DNA of 24,000 nucleotides. Origin: Enterobacter phage vB_EclM_CIP9. Below are positions 23,405-24,000 of this stretch, one piece after another (the stretch's first letter is position 1; every line of letters starts with the position of its first letter). The position numbers and the translations under genes were made by a program. The stretch lies in sequence record MN882610.1; one strand, written 5' to 3'. The notes below the pieces were generated by a model that was not told the origin of the DNA, searched no databases, and worked only from the letters and a program-made list of their open reading frames with translations.

Positions 23405-24000
23405 CTACCCGCGTGAAACAGGTAGAGAACGTGGGTCAACATTATCGCCTTCAGGGCATTCATCAAGACCCATAGCGTAACGCTGAGCAAACTTAAGCAT
23501 CAGAATGTCTTTAGCACAGTCATGAACTGAGTCGTGTGCTACAAAGCCATCTAGTGTGCCTTGAACCATAGGAGTAGTAGATAACCCACGAACCATAGCA
23601 TATGCTTCAATCGCAGTTCGGATATCACGCTGATTCCAGAACTTCACCGGTTCTTGGTGGAACGTATCGATATCTTCTTCAGCAACACCGTCAACACGAT
23701 AAAGGTCACGAATCAGGTCAACCAGAATCGGGAAGTCGAATGACATACCGCGGCACCAAGCCTGGGATTTCCATGGGTCGACATCGTTTTCACGACAATA
23801 ATCCAGGAACTGCTTAATGCCTTCAAGAGTTGACACATCATCTTCAGTTGGAGCCAAGTTAGCACGAGCTTCTGCTGATTGCTCTTTCCACCATTTTACA
23901 GTGCTCTTGCCGAAAAGACGTTGACCTTTCTGTTCGGCCAGTTTAAATTTGATACGTTTACCGCGATTTACTAAAGTGTCAAAACTTTCTACTTTAGATG
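23405..24000 (-). CDS. dexA: Exonuclease A (DexA), 5' end cut by window edge
   Basis: Frame stays open past the track start to the edge: SKVESFDTLVNRGKRIKFKLAEQKGQRLFGKSTVKWWKEQSAEARANLAPTEDDVSTLEGI...DPWKSQAWCRGMSFDFPILVDLIRD...KFWNQRDIRT...GTLDGFVAHDSVHDCAKDILM; matches T4 DexA. Confidence 0.95.
   Translation of the reverse strand, partial: SKVESFDTLVNRGKRIKFKLAEQKGQRLFGKSTVKWWKEQSAEARANLAPTEDDVSTLEGIKQFLDYCRENDVDPWKSQAWCRGMSFDFPILVDLIRDLYRVDGVAEEDIDTFHQEPVKFWNQRDIRTAIEAYAMVRGLSTTPMVQGTLDGFVAHDSVHDCAKDILMLKFAQRYAMGLDECPEGDNVDPRSLPVSRG

Noticed and set aside
1-24000. Search by eye for CRISPR arrays, retron/DGR-like repeats, tRNAs, introns or IS ends
   Set aside because: No spaced direct repeats, reverse transcriptase, cloverleaf or transposase-like ORF was seen. 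The fibre region variation is explained by S74 and Gly-rich motifs rather than a diversity-generating retroelement.

Overview
The window is an ordinary-looking block of a T4-like (Tevenvirinae-type) myovirus genome. A rightward late module carries the gene 34 3' end, then 35, 36, 37, a glycine-rich gp38-type adhesin and holin t. It meets a long leftward early/middle module: asiA, small ORFs, motA, a SprT-like metallopeptidase, 52, tiny membrane ORFs, ndd, a denB-like gene, rIIB, rIIA, a fused topoisomerase large subunit (39/60), small ORFs, a motB-like gene and dexA (cut by the right edge). Assignments rest on recalled similarity to T4 proteins and on synteny; no database search was run. Points worth following up: (1) many ORFs under 60 aa absent from the supplied track, including a stop/start-overlapping cassette of tiny hydrophobic proteins between ndd and 52 that share a G..P.T loop; (2) a 63-aa protein just beyond the rIIB terminator that may belong to the crAss001_48-related / Acb2-Tad1 hairpin group; (3) eight leftward early promoters with invariant TTTACA-17-TAtnaT architecture, two MotA-box middle-promoter candidates and two exact TATAAATA late promoters; (4) an S74-type autocleavage site in gp37 next to a separate gp38-type adhesin; (5) an undivided topoisomerase large subunit with no gene-60 bypass arrangement. 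I see no intron, homing endonuclease, CRISPR, tRNA or transposon.
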